A program made the translations under genes and the position numbers. From NCBI GenBank assembly GCA_016292145.1, contig JAEFBA010000004.1, positions 435-64,434 of the forward strand: a stretch of DNA of 64,000 nt, given 5' to 3'. Shown here piece by piece: positions 61,328 through 64,000 of the stretch. Under the pieces are notes generated by a model. It did no database searches and was not told where the DNA came from. It worked only from the letters and a program-made list of their open reading frames with translations. Within the stretch, counting starts at the first letter, position 1. Each line of letters opens with the position of its first letter. This DNA is from Saccharofermentans sp. (GTDB lineage Bacteria; Bacillota; Clostridia; Saccharofermentanales; Saccharofermentanaceae).

Positions 61328-62428
61328 TCAATAATCGAACAAACCGAAACCTCTCATAAAGACCTTTTTATATTCAACTAACGCTGTAAACATGATTTTA
61401 TAGTTAAGTCTAAGATGAAGACCAGTCTTTATAGGTTCGTCTTTATTCAGATCCTGCAAACCGAATCCGCTGACTTCTTCAAATGCCTTGATTTTCCTCA
61501 TGAAGCAGTAAGGGACTTCGTCTCCACCCTTCTTGAATTTGTCATAGATATCGAGAGTGTGTTTACCTAAATCATTTATTCCTGTGACAAGCTGCTTAAC
61601 TAAATCCAAAAGCACCTGACACTCTTTAGATTGAGGAATGGCTTTGGGCATTGCGAAAAAGAGCTCACAAGCAGCCAGCGTAACTTCAATGTCAGCAATC
61701 TTATCCATAAGACGACATATTCTTTCTGAATATTTATCAAGAGTAATTACCTGTGCTTCCCTGTCAGGCATAAACCTGAAATTATGTGTACAAGGATCAA
61801 GTAATATTCCGTTGGGCGGAAGATACTTTGTACAAAGTATGGCGAAATCAAATTCACGCGCTTTAAGGTAAGTGTTCTGGTCCTCTATTTTTGTAAAATC
61901 GAGAGGCGGCAATTTATTTGTTTTCTCATTCTCGCTTTCGTGTTTACTGCTGACAATAGCATAAACGCCCTTAACATCACGCTCGATATATTCTCTAAGT
62001 TCATAATGATATCCAGCTCTGTCAAAGGTCTCCTTCGCTAAAATGAGTGCAGAGCCGTCTTCCAGCCACAAAAGTCCCAAAACAATGTCATAAGCGGCTT
62101 TTAGAACAGGCTGTATATTTACAATATCGCCCAAATACATTAATGCTTTGCCACTGGCCAAATCGAATTTTCCTTGATTTACAGCGCTGGCTTCACCAAC
62201 AAGAGCGCCATACTGGGATGAAATGCTTCCCAATCTCCCTCCGGGCGCCAATTCAAACTCATAAATTGATCGAAGAGTTTCATTAGTCTCTTCGAAACCT
62301 AAACCTGTTTCTGTCATTCTCTTTATAAGTTCAATGGCATCAATGATAGGCTTTGTGGAATACGTTATCTCACCCGCAAGATCCATCTGTTTTAACGCAC
62401 TCATGAGCTGATTAACATCAATTTGCAT
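61328..62428 (-). CDS. Hypothetical protein (mostly helical, unassigned)
   Basis: 366-aa ORF with AAGGAG RBS; no recognised catalytic motif. Confidence 0.75.
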   Translation of the reverse strand: MQIDVNQLMSALKQMDLAGEITYSTKPIIDAIELIKRMTETGLGFEETNETLRSIYEFELAPGGRLGSISSQYGALVGEASAVNQGKFDLASGKALMYLGDIVNIQPVLKAAYDIVLGLLWLEDGSALILAKETFDRAGYHYELREYIERDVKGVYAIVSSKHESENEKTNKLPPLDFTKIEDQNTYLKAREFDFAILCTKYLPPNGILLDPCTHNFRFMPDREAQVITLDKYSERICRLMDKIADIEVTLAACELFFAMPKAIPQSKECQVLLDLVKQLVTGINDLGKHTLDIYDKFKKGGDEVPYCFMRKIKAFEEVSGFGLQDLNKDEPIKTGLHLRLNYKIMFTALVEYKKVFMRGFGLFDY

Positions 62429-62452
62429 AGAATTATCTCCTTTAACGATTTA

Positions 62453-63739
62453 TTAGAATCTGATCTCATAATCACGAATGTACCATCTGCCGCCGTTAGT
62501 CCTAATGAGATTTCTTCTGTTTGGACTACCGAGCTGTTTGCCGTTCTTATCAAATGCGATGGTTTCTACAGAAGCATATTCAACCTTATCTCCATAGTGT
62601 GATGCGATCTTCTGCTGATCTTCTGCACTGAGGAAATATGAATTCAGATCATTTTTATCGTCATATCCGGAAACAACAGTTATTTTCGTCTTTTCAGGAT
62701 CGGCCTTTGCATAGACATATTCGCCGTGGAAACGCTCCTGATGAAGATCCCAGTGATATAAGAGGAGAGATTTCTGAATGTCTGTTTCCTGACGTTCTGG
62801 CTGAATGCAGTCAAGATAAAGATCATAATTCTTCTCCTTGATTGCTCTCTGGAAAATGTCTACTAGAGCTTCCGGAGTAACATCGCCGGGAACACTCTTA
62901 ACAGACAACCAGCTGGCCTTAATTGCTTCGACTTCGTCCTCACCAACAAAATAACCACTATTTTCTTTTTCTGCTGAATACAAACCTAATACATGACCGG
63001 GAACATAAAGCGCTACCGGATCTACTACAACGGCATATACTGGAGCACCAACCTTTTCCTCACCTGCCTGTGGAATCTCCATGGCAAGGTCACTGATAAC
63101 ACCCAAGACAGTCCAATTTCTTACTTCAGACATTGTACTGTCAACCTGTCTTCTATAACGCTTTACAGCTTCATATGGTCCAAGCCACTTTCTTGTATCT
63201 ATCTTAATAAAATACATGCCTGTAGAACGTTTTCCTACCGAAATGTATTCGCCGGTTACACCCATGAACTGATTACCAGGATATTGAACTTCATCTATGA
63301 TAACGTACTGATCCTTAAGATCATCGATATTTTCAGAAAGCACATCAGGAGCGGGATATAGCTTTTCGCGAATCTTTCCATCATATTCGGCAAGAAGCTT
63401 ATTCCATGCATCTTCACTCTTCTGGGCGAACGTCTTTTTAAGTTCTTCTTCATTCCTGAGATAAGCAAGCATGTCATCTGTAATATCAATGAAATTGCCG
63501 CTTGAACCCATGATGCATTTTCTGGCTCTCTGCATAAGATCTTGAACGCGGGGATCATTAGGTGCAAATTCATTGAGGATCTTTATCCTCTCCAAAGCAT
63601 CTGCTTGGGATCTGAAAATGCCGGTAGAACCGTTTGCTCTCTTAACCTCGTTCTCAAATTCCTTGAGATACATTTCAGCCTGTTGAATCCTCATAGTGAG
63701 ATTATTTGAATCAACAGAAAAAATAGTGCTATCAACCAT
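62453..63739 (-). CDS. Hypothetical protein, possible C-terminal NTF2-like domain
   Basis: 428-aa ORF with GGAAGGAG RBS; C-terminal TPEALVDIF.RAIKEKNYD...LIRTNGGRWYI pattern. Confidence 0.75.
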   Translation of the reverse strand: MVDSTIFSVDSNNLTMRIQQAEMYLKEFENEVKRANGSTGIFRSQADALERIKILNEFAPNDPRVQDLMQRARKCIMGSSGNFIDITDDMLAYLRNEEELKKTFAQKSEDAWNKLLAEYDGKIREKLYPAPDVLSENIDDLKDQYVIIDEVQYPGNQFMGVTGEYISVGKRSTGMYFIKIDTRKWLGPYEAVKRYRRQVDSTMSEVRNWTVLGVISDLAMEIPQAGEEKVGAPVYAVVVDPVALYVPGHVLGLYSAEKENSGYFVGEDEVEAIKASWLSVKSVPGDVTPEALVDIFQRAIKEKNYDLYLDCIQPERQETDIQKSLLLYHWDLHQERFHGEYVYAKADPEKTKITVVSGYDDKNDLNSYFLSAEDQQKIASHYGDKVEYASVETIAFDKNGKQLGSPNRRNLIRTNGGRWYIRDYEIRF

Positions 63740-63788
63740 AACACGTTTTCGCTCCTTCCTGAAATAATTGGGAACTTTTAAACCAAAT

Positions 63789-63846
63789 AAAAAAGTGCAG
63801 TCAGAGATAAGCAGCTTTGCTTATCAAAACTAACTACACCTTCGTG
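63789..63846 (-). promoter_or_regulatory. Putative attenuator: ANTAR-type dual hexaloop motif overlapping an intrinsic terminator
   Basis: RNA AC-GAAGGU-GU ... GAUAAGC-AAAGCU-GCUUAUC; terminator stem GGUGUAGUUAG/CUGACUGCACU followed by a U-run. Confidence 0.6.
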
Positions 63847-63940
63847 ATTTTGTTAAATCCCCAAGAAGATAATAACAGTTTTATCTAAAGAAAGAAATAT
63901 AATGTCTATAATATTTTATATTTTAAATGATCTGCAGAAC

Positions 63941-63979
63941 AAAAAACGTGTACCGCTTTTTGCAGTACACGTTCTTTTT
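63941..63979 (-). terminator. Rho-independent terminator (possibly bidirectional) of a gene beyond the window end
   Basis: Minus strand AACGTGTACTGC-AAAAA-GCGGTACACGTT-TTTT; T-run also on the plus strand. Confidence 0.8.
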
Positions 63980-64000
63980 ACCTATTCCTACTACCCCAAG

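Overview
Chromosomal window from an anaerobic Clostridia-type Firmicute (inferred from CIRCE-controlled groESL, trmFO, sigma-A promoters and a domain-permuted GH3 of the kind known from rumen clostridia). It is gene-dense and mostly on the minus strand. Core and near-core genes: ACT + DUF711/PFL-like pair, two flavoproteins, CYTH, a GldA/F/G-like ABC cluster with DUF4340- and DUF5711-like partners, acyl-ACP thioesterase, groES-groEL, LCP, galE, an OmpR two-component pair, trpB2, queA-tgt-GH3, a PP2C pair, comM-dprA-topA-trmFO, ychF, coaE, polA, a 1481-aa CoA-activase fusion, uppP, leuA, murD, a heterodimeric ABC exporter, an amidohydrolase, cls, an M18 aminopeptidase and hisK. I found no tRNA, rRNA, CRISPR array or transposase. 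The least explained signals are: (1) an AT-richer two-gene orphan cassette at 61.3-63.7 kb whose leader has an ANTAR-type dual-hexaloop motif built into an intrinsic terminator; (2) a crowded intergenic region behind groEL with a 62-bp dyad tandem repeat, a long palindrome, a possible pseudoknot and a 44-codon sORF; (3) a helically phased array of CCKACAAA-like motifs between comM and ychF; (4) an intact membrane PP2C coupled to an apparently catalytically dead PP2C-like partner. Family calls come from motif recognition by eye, not database searches.
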